Positions 27,324 through 36,080 of a stretch of 36,398 bases of DNA are shown piece after piece. Position 1 is the stretch's first letter; each line of letters opens with the position of its first letter. Source of the DNA: a virus (taxonomy: Duplodnaviria > Heunggongvirae > Uroviricota > Caudoviricetes); the IMG/VR virus record IMGVR_UViG_2537562173_000010; one strand, given 5' to 3'. Below the pieces are notes generated by a model. It made no database searches. It was given only the letters and a program-made list of their open reading frames with translations, and was not told the origin of the DNA. The position numbers and the translations under genes were made by a program.

Positions 27324-27875
27324 ATGGAACTTAGATTAAAAAATGTTACCAGTTATAAGAAAGACGCCTTCACAATACTGAATCTTGAAAAAAGAGTAAA
27401 CATACTATACGGCCAAAATGGTTGTGGCAAATCTACCATTTCAAATTATTTCTACGACTCTACACACACAGATTATAACGAGTGTGAATGTACCCTTCTT
27501 GACAATTACAAACCTCTTGTTTACAACACTAAATTTATTGAAGATAACTTCTATAATGCACAGGAACAAAAAGGTGTTTTTACATTAAGTAAAGAAAATG
27601 CAGATATTGAAAAACAATTAATTGAAAAAGAAGCAATTAAACAGCAACTCACAGAGCAATATAGACAAAAAAAAGGAGTGTTATTGAAATTAGAAGCAGA
27701 AATGGAAAAAAAAGAAAATGAATACATCGAATCGATCTGGAAAAAAACAGAACCAATCAGAAACTCTGTACTAAAAACCTTAATGAAAGGTAAAGTTGGC
27801 TATAAAAGACCTTTTTTTGAGATGATAAAATCATCCTCACCAATCACCTTTATTAATTTAAATGATATATATTAA
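27324..27875 (+). CDS. N-terminal fragment (183 aa) of a split Rad50/SMC-like ABC ATPase
   Basis: Walker A GQNGCGKST (codons 30-38, 27411-27437), then coiled-coil-like K/E-rich sequence. GAGG RBS 7 nt upstream of the ATG. Ends ...SPITFINLNDIY* inside the 19-bp duplication. AT-rich. Confidence 0.7.
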   Translation: MELRLKNVTSYKKDAFTILNLEKRVNILYGQNGCGKSTISNYFYDSTHTDYNECECTLLDNYKPLVYNTKFIEDNFYNAQEQKGVFTLSKENADIEKQLIEKEAIKQQLTEQYRQKKGVLLKLEAEMEKKENEYIESIWKKTEPIRNSVLKTLMKGKVGYKRPFFEMIKSSSPITFINLNDIY

Positions 27876-27889
27876 TTTAAATGATATAG
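27852..27889 (+). repeat. exact 19-bp tandem duplication at the junction of the two ATPase ORFs
   Basis: ATTAATTTAAATGATATAT (27852-27870) followed by ATTAATTTAAATGATATAG (27871-27889), 18/19 identical. Removing one unit fuses the two ORFs in frame (...SPITF-INLNDIAKEY...). Confidence 0.85.
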
Positions 27890-29559
27890 CAAAAGAATAC
27901 TCTATACTATTAGAAAATAGAAACAATGAAACCGCATTAATAACTCCTTTACATCCATATACCCCATCAATTGATGATGTAAATACATTAGCAACACCTA
28001 TAATAGATACAAGCAATAGCTATTTATCAGAAACCATTAATAAACTTCATAATCTTGACTGGGTAAAAAAAGGTAAAGAACATTATTTAGACGGTTCTAC
28101 ATGTCCGTTTTGTCAGGAAAAAACTATTAGTCACGAATTTTTAAATGCCCTTAAATCAATATTTGACGAAAGTTATTCAAAGAAAGTAAAACAGCTCTCA
28201 GATATAAAGTCAGTTTATGAGAAAAATACCATATATCATTTTAACGAAATACAAAACAATATATCATCATGTGCACTAATCAATGAGAAAGATAAAGAGA
28301 ACATTATTTCCAATATTAAAATATTGCAAAACATTGCAGAAAAAAATTTAATAAACATTATTGATAAGATCAACAATCCATCAACATGCGTTACATTAGA
28401 AATTGATAAAGAACTAGAAAATCATGTTCAGGAAAGCATAGGCGCTGTTAACAAGAAAATAAGAGACATAAATGATAAGGTTAAAAAACTCAAAGAGTAT
28501 GAGAATAAAATCGGAAAACAAGTTTGGGGGGCTCTCCATGCTTTTTGCAGCGATGATTTAGAGAATTTATCCAAACACAAAGAAAAATTCTTTGATATCA
28601 AAAAGAAAGTTCATGATGAATTAAATAATATTGAGCAACAAGGAAAAGAAAATAATCTCACAATAAAAGCATTGCGAGATAAAATATCTAACATTGATTC
28701 TACGATAGACTCAATAAACACCCATTTAAAAAATCTAGGGATCTCTGGTTTTTGTATTGAAAAACATGCAGAAAGAAAAGATATGTACATTATATCTCGA
28801 CCAGGGCATACAAAAAACCAAAATGTTTATAGATCTCTTAGCGAAGGTGAAAAAACACTAATAACGTTTCTTTATTTTTTAGAGTGCTGTAAAGGTAAAA
28901 CCGATAAAAATGATACCGATAGCAGGGATATTTTTATTGTTATTGACGATCCAATATCTAGTCTATCGCAAAACTATGTCTACGACATCGCATCAATTAT
29001 TCATCACCACATTATAAAAAATGAATTAACAAAGAAGGTATTAATCCTTACTCACAATCTTTATTTCTTTCATGAACTTATTAAGCTATCTCCTAAAAGC
29101 AGAGAAGACAAACTATTTAAGAAAAACTATTATCTAGGTAGAGTAACGAAAAATGATTTTAGTATAATTACTGAAATACAAAAAAACAGCATACAGAATG
29201 AATATCAATCTTTGTGGCAAATATTAAAAGATGCAAAAGATGGCAAAGCAAACAAAATCATAATACCGAATATTATGAGAAACATACTAGAATATTATTT
29301 TGCATTTGTTCATAGAACAGATGCTCTACAAGATGAATTAACAAAGTTGGCACGCGACGATAGCAACAGTGATTTCAAAGCATTCTACAGATACATTAAC
29401 AGAGGTTCTCACTCTGATGCGGTAAATATTACTGATATGGGCGACATAGACCCAGATAAATACCTAAAACAATTGAGAACAATATTTTCAGCTACTGGTG
29501 ACGAAATGCATTATTTAAAAATGATGGACGAACTAGAAGAGGAAAACGTTACCGCTTAG
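27862..29559 (+). CDS. C-terminal fragment (565 aa) of the split Rad50/SMC-like ABC ATPase, with a possible HEPN-like C-terminal domain
   Basis: CPFC (28102-28113) within the coiled-coil region; ABC signature-like LSEGEK; Walker B DIFIVIDDP with D-loop SSLS; H-loop LILTHN. The C-terminal 170 aa contain R-x3-E (RNILE) and RYINRGSH. AT-rich. Confidence 0.7.
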   Translation: MIYINLNDIAKEYSILLENRNNETALITPLHPYTPSIDDVNTLATPIIDTSNSYLSETINKLHNLDWVKKGKEHYLDGSTCPFCQEKTISHEFLNALKSIFDESYSKKVKQLSDIKSVYEKNTIYHFNEIQNNISSCALINEKDKENIISNIKILQNIAEKNLINIIDKINNPSTCVTLEIDKELENHVQESIGAVNKKIRDINDKVKKLKEYENKIGKQVWGALHAFCSDDLENLSKHKEKFFDIKKKVHDELNNIEQQGKENNLTIKALRDKISNIDSTIDSINTHLKNLGISGFCIEKHAERKDMYIISRPGHTKNQNVYRSLSEGEKTLITFLYFLECCKGKTDKNDTDSRDIFIVIDDPISSLSQNYVYDIASIIHHHIIKNELTKKVLILTHNLYFFHELIKLSPKSREDKLFKKNYYLGRVTKNDFSIITEIQKNSIQNEYQSLWQILKDAKDGKANKIIIPNIMRNILEYYFAFVHRTDALQDELTKLARDDSNSDFKAFYRYINRGSHSDAVNITDMGDIDPDKYLKQLRTIFSATGDEMHYLKMMDELEEENVTA

Positions 29560-29587
29560 GCCGCATATTATCGTTTTGGGTAAGAAC

Positions 29588-29607
29588 GACGGTGCTTACG
29601 CACCGTC
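29588..29607. terminator. hairpin between the convergent ATPase and A genes
   Basis: Perfect 8-bp stem GACGGTGC / GCACCGTC with loop TTAC. No clear T-tract on either strand, so the terminator call is weak. Confidence 0.35.
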
Positions 29608-29782
29608 TCCCAACGCCCAAAGCGGTAGCGGTTGTACTGGCGTACATTCACTAGCTTTAACATGAGGCAATCTCCATGCCAGCACTATTGTTGCCAATAG
29701 CAGCCTTTATACCCTTTGTACAAAGCTAATACCAAGAGTAATGCAAAGTAGATGTCCCAAGCGGTAACGGGGCTATTCTATG

Positions 29783-32116
29783 TCAAACACAGAAAAAATC
29801 AAAGCGCCCTATGAATCCCCCCCAACCATCAGCGACCGGATACGTGAATTTTTTCCCGTCATAATTTACGGTCGCTCCACGCGCCAGCGCCTCAAGCTCC
29901 CATCGCTGCGGCATGATACCGTTCTGAGCAAGGTCAACGCGGATACGGGTGATTTGCAATCGTTCAGACCTGGTCAGTCTGGCAGATGGTGCAATTTCAT
30001 GCGGTTTTAACGGGCTTCCGTTTCTTTGCTGACGGTTTGGCGTTCTCAGGTCGTATTTTAATGCGCCCCTGAGCGCCCTCACGACCTCCGGTTCATTCCA
30101 TTCAATAACACCGTCATCAACCAGATTAAGCACTGCTGCGGCGTGCTCAGAAGGTGTGGGAGCCGGTAACGAAGTATCACCACCGGTGAGCTTTCCACAG
30201 TTATTGACAGGACTCCGAGGCGCGGCGATGCCGCTTTTTAAAGTCAAAGGCTCAACGACCGGAACTTTCGGCACAATGCGCCAGTCCGTCGTTCTGGTGA
30301 TATGAATATGACGCGCGCCGAGATGCGGCGCGTAAATGCCGACCACTCTCTCGACTTCTTCCTCGTACTCGTTAACGTCATCCGACGGGCTACGGGCAAC
30401 CCTGACAGTCTGACAATCGCGCGGGACATTTGCCCCCCCCTGCGCGCTGATATACAACGCAAAATCACCACTGTCTGCGGCAGCGCGAGCAGCCTCGACG
30501 CGTTCGTCAAACTCATCAGCAATACTGACGCCGCGAGGCAATTTGCGTAGTTCACGGTAAGCCCCCATTGTCGGCAGGCCAACCGTTTTAAATTGCGGAA
30601 TTCGCCACGTTGACGCCCATGCGGTAACAGCCGCAGCAGTATCTTTCAGCGGCCTGCCGGTATCATTATCGAGCTGACCATCCAGTGCATAGCCATCGAT
30701 GTTTTTTGAGATGTATTTTGCGATATACCCCGCAGCACCGCCCCGGTTAAGATGTTTTGCCTGAAAACGGTTTCGCGCGGCTCCTCTTTCGTCGCCATCC
30801 TCTTTGAGCGCATAGCGACGCATGATTTCGATAATCTGGTTACGCTGGCGTGGATTACAAAAAAGCATCATATGCCAGTGCGGCGTTCCGTCGTGGTGTG
30901 GCTCGACGACACGCAAACCGTAGACCTGTAAATCATTATCCTTGAATGCCGTGCGCATCAGGCTCCAGATATGGCAGAGATAACGCTGCGCATCCTTTGG
31001 ATTAAATGCCTCATCGTTCCAGCCGTGATTTAGCTGGACGGTTTTACTTTCGCCTTTTCCGACCTGACGTGTCGGGTGATACTTTGACGGCGCGGTAAGC
31101 GTGATAAACATCCCCACATCACCCTCTGCGGCGGCGTAACGCTCAATACCGGCAATGGTGTTCATCAGCTCCATCCGGCGAATTTCAGGATTAGAAATAC
31201 TGCCCATCACCTTACTGATAAGGTCGATGCGTTCGCCGGTTTCCCTGTTTTCAAGGTCACACGATTTAAGAAATTCCAGATTTGCCTGGCGGCGTGCACG
31301 CACATCACGAATGGCATGTTTACTGGCATAAGGTGAACGGTCTTTATTGACCTCCCCGACAGCAATCAGTAACGCCTCATGCCAGCGCATACGCTGGCCT
31401 TTAAGCTGACTAATCCACCACTCATCGTTAAACAGGCGGGCAATGGCAGAATATGCCTGCCTCGTGGTCATCTGTCCTTTACGGTATTTTTTCCAGTAGA
31501 GCGGGGAAATATTGAAAGCACGTGCAGCGCCAGCAACATGACCATAGAGGTGAGCCTGCGCCTCATCCGTAAACAGCGATTCTTTTTCGCCATGCGCATC
31601 CACCCAGGCATCGCAGAGTTCCTCATACATCATGAAAAGCTGCGATGAGATACGGGCGGCAAACTTTTTCAGCTCCTTATCATTCATCCCCGGCAGACGC
31701 GCATAATGGTCACGCTCTGCCAGAAACAGCAACGACGCGTCGGTGTTCATTTCATGGCGCTGATTCACACGCTCAATGCGCGGCCATAAACGACGCTGAA
31801 AAGTGGATGTGAGGAAATAAAACCCGTGCACCGGGCTTTTATTGCGCCGGATGTAGTCATAGCGTGAAGTAAACAGCGAGCGCAAAAAGTAAGGCAGGCG
31901 GTTAATCGTGGATAAAACACCTTGCACCTGACGCATCTCGTCACGTGTAAGGGGTCTTTCGCGCCCGACGGCCTCGCGTGGCGCGTTCCATGCATAAGCA
32001 CCGGTAAACGTCTTACCGGTGCCTGCGGTAAATGCTGACGGAGGGACAAAACGCCCGGAGGCTTTAACGGCCATATGAGCCAAAAGCCTCTGAACAACGC
32101 TTGCTGAGTTGCTCAA
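29783..32116 (-). CDS. A: replication initiation protein A (rolling-circle nickase)
   Basis: 777 aa in the P2 gpA position (P2 gpA is about 761 aa from memory); large basic protein adjacent to the early-operon ORFs. Confidence 0.85.
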   Translation of the reverse strand: MSNSASVVQRLLAHMAVKASGRFVPPSAFTAGTGKTFTGAYAWNAPREAVGRERPLTRDEMRQVQGVLSTINRLPYFLRSLFTSRYDYIRRNKSPVHGFYFLTSTFQRRLWPRIERVNQRHEMNTDASLLFLAERDHYARLPGMNDKELKKFAARISSQLFMMYEELCDAWVDAHGEKESLFTDEAQAHLYGHVAGAARAFNISPLYWKKYRKGQMTTRQAYSAIARLFNDEWWISQLKGQRMRWHEALLIAVGEVNKDRSPYASKHAIRDVRARRQANLEFLKSCDLENRETGERIDLISKVMGSISNPEIRRMELMNTIAGIERYAAAEGDVGMFITLTAPSKYHPTRQVGKGESKTVQLNHGWNDEAFNPKDAQRYLCHIWSLMRTAFKDNDLQVYGLRVVEPHHDGTPHWHMMLFCNPRQRNQIIEIMRRYALKEDGDERGAARNRFQAKHLNRGGAAGYIAKYISKNIDGYALDGQLDNDTGRPLKDTAAAVTAWASTWRIPQFKTVGLPTMGAYRELRKLPRGVSIADEFDERVEAARAAADSGDFALYISAQGGANVPRDCQTVRVARSPSDDVNEYEEEVERVVGIYAPHLGARHIHITRTTDWRIVPKVPVVEPLTLKSGIAAPRSPVNNCGKLTGGDTSLPAPTPSEHAAAVLNLVDDGVIEWNEPEVVRALRGALKYDLRTPNRQQRNGSPLKPHEIAPSARLTRSERLQITRIRVDLAQNGIMPQRWELEALARGATVNYDGKKFTYPVADGWGGFIGRFDFFCV

Positions 32117-32339
32117 CCTGTGCGTTTAAATCAGCAAAAGACTTTGCGCTTCCGGTCAGAATATCGTGATGCATCAGGCCGGAAACGAGCTGGCTTAATT
32201 TCGGGTAATAACCAACCACCGCCAGCCATTCCTGACCGGCGTTTTTACCGCTTTCCGCTCTCTTTTTCTCGTGGAGAATAAACTGAAAGCTGTCACTGGT
32301 AACGACATAACGTTCGCCAATTTCAATACGAATACTCAT
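32064..32339 (-). CDS. hypothetical early-operon protein (91 aa, orf83-like position)
   Basis: ORF in the P2 early operon between A and the zinc-finger ORF; assigned by position only. Confidence 0.5.
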   Translation of the reverse strand: MSIRIEIGERYVVTSDSFQFILHEKKRAESGKNAGQEWLAVVGYYPKLSQLVSGLMHHDILTGSAKSFADLNAQVEQLSKRCSEAFGSYGR

Positions 32340-32560
32340 GCCGTTCTCCGGTAATGTTTGTTTTTTGCTTCAAAGACTGACTGACAGGAAACACAACGCG
32401 TGGCTGACGGATAAGCCGCACGACGGGCAGCAGGTATTGGCGCGTCACACTCTTCGCAAACCAGCGCAGAAGCACCGCAATGTTTTACCCTTGCCGCGTT
32501 AATCTGGCGCTCCAGTAATTCAGCCTGTTGTTCCTGAATAAAATCTACGTTGTCCGGCAT
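32336..32560 (-). CDS. TraR/DksA-type C4 zinc-finger protein (74 aa, orf82-like)
   Basis: CxxC...CxxC motif (VCEECDAPIPAARRAAYPSATRCVSCQ). Overlapping start/stop with its neighbours. Confidence 0.6.
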   Translation of the reverse strand: MPDNVDFIQEQQAELLERQINAARVKHCGASALVCEECDAPIPAARRAAYPSATRCVSCQSVFEAKNKHYRRTA

Positions 32561-32562
32561 TA

Positions 32563-32865
32563 TCAGCTCCTTTTATCGTTAAGTTTCCTGGATACATCAG
32601 CGCAATAACTGGCAAGTTCTGTCGTTAATTTTGTCAGTTCATCCACTGAGGAAATTTGCTTGTGGAATACAGCGCGTTTAACAAGTAAATTGACCACATC
32701 AGACAGGAGGTTTAATTCATTCTGATAAATCGCGATAACAGATTCAGTGATGTCGCGTTTTTCTTTATCAAGACAAAGTTGAATAAGAGACAAATCGCCA
32801 TTTTTCATAACGGCGATTTTTAAGGCGTTATTCAGTAATACAACTGAATGAGAACAGGACATCAA
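32563..32865 (-). CDS. hypothetical early-operon protein (100 aa), AT-rich
   Basis: ORF in the early operon, noticeably more AT-rich than its neighbours. Confidence 0.5.
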   Translation of the reverse strand: MMSCSHSVVLLNNALKIAVMKNGDLSLIQLCLDKEKRDITESVIAIYQNELNLLSDVVNLLVKRAVFHKQISSVDELTKLTTELASYCADVSRKLNDKRS

Positions 32866-33086
32866 AGTACCTCCCCGCGAGACAATCCGATATTGTGAAA
32901 TTTTTCCGACTCCTGACTGAGCAGCTCGACTATCTCCACGCGGGATAACTCCGCCTTTGTGATATGGCGAATCATGGCGTCAAGATGAGAAGAAAAGCGC
33001 GTCGCAGCGTCGGCCTGTGCTTCGGTTCTGGCCTGTTGCAGCAGTAATGCGTATTTACCGCACTGATTTTCAGAAACTGTATGCAT
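32862..33086 (-). CDS. hypothetical early-operon protein (74 aa, orf80-like position)
   Basis: ORF in the early operon with 4-bp overlap to the downstream gene; assigned by position only. Confidence 0.5.
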   Translation of the reverse strand: MHTVSENQCGKYALLLQQARTEAQADAATRFSSHLDAMIRHITKAELSRVEIVELLSQESEKFHNIGLSRGEVL

Positions 33087-33149
33087 GACTTTCTCCGGGC
33101 AAAAAGAAGCCCCGCACGATTAAGCGCGTTAAAAACTCTGGTTAATTAC

Positions 33150-33656
33150 TTAATGCAGATATTGCTCTGGTTTTACCCACGTCAGAATTGTCGGTGCATA
33201 CTCAAACAGACTGAATAATTCACGTAATGCACGGAATAAAGCATCACGCCAGTAACATGATTCCTCATTAATTCGCCAGTATGGCTGGTTAAATTCTTTT
33301 TCTGTCAGTCGTGCGTGCATAAATAAAGTGCGACGCTGACTGACTGTTAAAAAACTAATATATGCATACTCACTTGCGCCAACCTGACGGCGTTTTGAGA
33401 ATGCCCCACGCAACTCATCAATTGCACATACCAGTCGTTCACGTTCGACGTCGTTCATTTCTTCAAAACGCATCGTTGCGTGACGCTGTTTTAACTGCGC
33501 ATGAAAGCAAACCGTTAGCCGTTCGCGCTCCATCATCTGATTATAATAATCACATGTATCCTGCCAGCGAGGAACGGCAAGATGCTTACCAATTATCCGG
33601 CGCATAGCTGCTGGCTGTTTTTCAACGAGATTGAGCGTCATCACTGTCATTTCCAT
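33150..33656 (-). CDS. B: replication protein B (lagging-strand synthesis / helicase loading)
   Basis: 168 aa in the B position between cox/orf78 and A (P2 gpB is about 166 aa from memory). Confidence 0.6.
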   Translation of the reverse strand: MEMTVMTLNLVEKQPAAMRRIIGKHLAVPRWQDTCDYYNQMMERERLTVCFHAQLKQRHATMRFEEMNDVERERLVCAIDELRGAFSKRRQVGASEYAYISFLTVSQRRTLFMHARLTEKEFNQPYWRINEESCYWRDALFRALRELFSLFEYAPTILTWVKPEQYLH

Positions 33657-33841
33657 ACCCTCCGGCTTTTCAGAAAGGTCAGAGCCTTTTTTAACGGACT
33701 CTGTTTTTTGGTGCGGATAATGATTCCCTTACGCCCCTTACCGTGGGTGATGGTGAAGTCAATCGCCCTGGGGCTTTCGTTACGCAATAACTGAGCAATA
33801 CAACGAGGCTCGTTCATACGGTTCTCCTTAACGTGGTTCAC
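33647..33841 (-). CDS. hypothetical early protein (64 aa, orf78-like position)
   Basis: Small basic ORF between cox and B; assigned by position only. Confidence 0.45.
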   Translation of the reverse strand: MNHVKENRMNEPRCIAQLLRNESPRAIDFTITHGKGRKGIIIRTKKQSPLKKALTFLKSRRVWK

Positions 33842-34103
33842 CGAGACCTAACCACATCAACCAGCCGTCACGAATCTCTTTAGGGCGGCTTTCATAAGCC
33901 AGTTTTAGTCCGTTATTCCATGCCGGAAGGTATACCCAATATTCACCTGCACGACCTGAAGCTGATTGTGGATCGGTCATATCAATTACAGGCAGCTTTC
34001 CTTTATCGATCATCCGACGAACCGCTCCTGTCGATTTTCCTATTAGTTTTGCGAACTCCTGATAAGGAATCGCATCAGTCATGAGTGTTACTTGCTTGCT
34101 CAT
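33828..34103 (-). CDS. cox: Cox (excisionase and repressor of the lysogenic promoter)
   Basis: 91 aa (MSKQVTLMTDAIPYQEFAKLIGKSTGAVRRMIDKGKLPVI...), matching P2 Cox as I recall it; divergent from C. Confidence 0.85.
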   Translation of the reverse strand: MSKQVTLMTDAIPYQEFAKLIGKSTGAVRRMIDKGKLPVIDMTDPQSASGRAGEYWVYLPAWNNGLKLAYESRPKEIRDGWLMWLGLGEPR

Positions 34104-34130
34104 GTCGTCCCCCAGCCCTCATGAATTGCG

Positions 34131-34160
34131 TTTAATGCCTTATAATGCCTTTTAGTGCCC
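34131..34160. promoter_or_regulatory. direct repeats in the cox–C switch region (candidate C-repressor operator half-sites)
   Basis: TAATGCCTT at 34133-34141 and 34143-34151, then TTAGTGCCC; also ATCTAAAC repeated at 34184-34191 and 34206-34213, just upstream of C. Confidence 0.4.
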
Positions 34161-34217
34161 ACATCCAAGCACTAAACAATCTACATCTAAACTAAATACT
34201 ATTGAGATCTAAACACC

Positions 34218-34517
34218 ATGTCAAACACGATAAGCGAGAAGATAGTCTTAATGCGAAAATCAGAGTATTTGAGCAGACAACAACTTGCTGATTTAACAGG
34301 GGTTCCGTATGGCACGCTGAGTTACTATGAAAGCGGTCGTTCAACACCTCCAACAGATGTCATGATGAACATCCTGCAGACCCCACAATTCACCAAATAC
34401 ACTTTATGGTTCATGACCAATCAGGTCGCTCCTGAGTCCGGGCAAATTGCGCCCGCTCTCGCACACTTTGGGCAAAACGAAACAACGTCGCCCCACTCCG
34501 GTCAAAAGACTGGTTAA
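34218..34517 (+). CDS. C: immunity repressor C
   Basis: 99 aa (MSNTISEKIVLMRKSEYLSRQQLADLTGVPYGTLSYYESGRSTPP...), HTH; P2 C length; divergent from cox. Confidence 0.85.
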   Translation: MSNTISEKIVLMRKSEYLSRQQLADLTGVPYGTLSYYESGRSTPPTDVMMNILQTPQFTKYTLWFMTNQVAPESGQIAPALAHFGQNETTSPHSGQKTG

Positions 34518-34632
34518 CAATTTATCGTGAATATATTCATCACAAGTGCCTACTATTGGTGGCTAAATTTCAGCCACCACGAAAAAAGCGATTAGTAGTA
34601 GCAAAAAAAAGTACCACTCGGAGGGTTTTCTG

Positions 34633-35646
34633 ATGGCAATCAAAAAACTCGATGATGGTCGATATGAAGTGGACATCCGCCCTACTGGACGTAACGGAAA
34701 ACGCATCCGTAGGAAGTTTGATAAGAAAAGCGAAGCTGTCGCTTTCGAAAAATACACGTTGTACAACCACCACAATAAAGAATGGCTATCAAAACCAACA
34801 GACAAACGACGTCTGTCGGAACTGACACAGATCTGGTGGGATTTAAAGGGTAAACACGAAGAGCATGGGAAATCTAATCTTGGAAAAATTGAAATCTTCA
34901 CAAAAATAACGAATGACCCATGCGCATTTCAAATCACGAAATCCCTTATCAGCCAGTACTGCGCCACCCGAAGAAGCCAGGGTATTAAACCTTCGAGTAT
35001 CAATCGTGATTTAACATGTATTAGCGGCATGTTTACAGCCCTGATTGAAGCGGAGTTATTCTTTGGTGAGCACCCTATCAGAGGGACAAAGAGGCTTAAG
35101 GAGGAAAAACCAGAAACAGGCTATCTCACACAGGAAGAAATTGCCTTACTGCTTGCAGCACTTGACGGCGACAATAAAAAGATTGCGATTCTTTGCCTGA
35201 GTACAGGAGCACGTTGGGGAGAAGCAGCTCGTTTGAAAGCAGAAAATATCATCCATAACCGCGTCACGTTTGTTAAAACGAAAACAAACAAACCACGCAC
35301 CGTCCCGATTTCAGAGGCTGTTGCCAAAATGATCGCGGATAACAAACGAGGTTTTTTATTCCCTGATGCTGATTACCCTCGCTTCAGACGAACAATGAAA
35401 GCAATAAAACCGGATTTGCCAATGGGGCAAGCCACACATGCACTAAGGCACAGCTTTGCCACTCATTTCATGATTAATGGAGGAAGTATTATCACGCTAC
35501 AACGGATACTAGGTCACACGCGGATTGAGCAAACTATGGTTTACGCTCATTTTGCGCCAGAGTACCTTCAGGACGCCATTTCTCTTAATCCGCTAAGAGG
35601 TGGTACTGAGGCCGAGAGTGTCCACACAGTGTCCACAGTAGAGTAA
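34633..35646 (+). CDS. int: integrase (tyrosine recombinase)
   Basis: 337 aa (MAIKKLDDGRYEVDIRPTG...) with HALRHSFATHF and LGHTRIEQTMVYAH boxes; P2 Int length; adjacent to attR. Confidence 0.9.
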   Translation: MAIKKLDDGRYEVDIRPTGRNGKRIRRKFDKKSEAVAFEKYTLYNHHNKEWLSKPTDKRRLSELTQIWWDLKGKHEEHGKSNLGKIEIFTKITNDPCAFQITKSLISQYCATRRSQGIKPSSINRDLTCISGMFTALIEAELFFGEHPIRGTKRLKEEKPETGYLTQEEIALLLAALDGDNKKIAILCLSTGARWGEAARLKAENIIHNRVTFVKTKTNKPRTVPISEAVAKMIADNKRGFLFPDADYPRFRRTMKAIKPDLPMGQATHALRHSFATHFMINGGSIITLQRILGHTRIEQTMVYAHFAPEYLQDAISLNPLRGGTEAESVHTVSTVE

Positions 35647-35725
35647 CGTTTAAGGGCTTTCAGTGGTAATTTATGCCGCTCAAACCCGCATTGTACCGTT
35701 GAAAGCCCCTACTGGTGACACCCTA

Positions 35726-35753
35726 AATCTCCCTTACACGGGCTTATTTTTTA
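35726..35753. repeat. attR core (28-bp direct repeat, right prophage boundary)
   Basis: AATCTCCCTTACACGGGCTTATTTTTTA; its reverse complement matches the P2 attP core AAAAAATAAGCCCGTGTAAGGGAGATT as I recall it. Confidence 0.75.
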
Positions 35754-36080
35754 TGCATAAGCCCTATCCCTGGTCACCGTCTTCCATTGACCACATCGAT
35801 AGAATCCTCCTTCATAGCACGATGCTTTTCACTTATCGACATCGTGCTCGCACAGGTTCCGGTTACGCACAGCCAGAACGCGCATGTTTGACGCTTACCA
35901 AAAAATGAACCTAAAGCATTGGAACATTTTTGACATCATTTTCTGATGGCTGCATAAAATAAAAATTCTGCTTTAGTTTCATCTATCTGTTTGTCATTAT
36001 TACTCACATTCAATAATGGTGTTGAAGAATATCCCATCACAGATAAAATAAATATGTGCATGGTAGTCTTGAATCTATTC

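Larger units (their letters stand above)
3209..35753. mobile_element. P2-like (Peduovirus-type) prophage, about 32.5 kb, probably cryptic
   Basis: Near-complete P2 gene order with P2-like protein lengths between attL and attR. int sits next to attR and ogr next to attL. cos is internal, as expected for an integrated P2. Confidence 0.9.

Noticed and set aside
27840-27890. Programmed ribosomal frameshift joining the two ATPase ORFs
   Set aside because: The downstream ORF is in the +1 frame and the junction is fully explained by an exact 19-bp tandem duplication. No canonical -1 slippery heptamer in the right register.
35663-35908. 81-aa ORF spanning attR
   Set aside because: It crosses the prophage/host junction and contains the att core; no RBS. 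Spurious.
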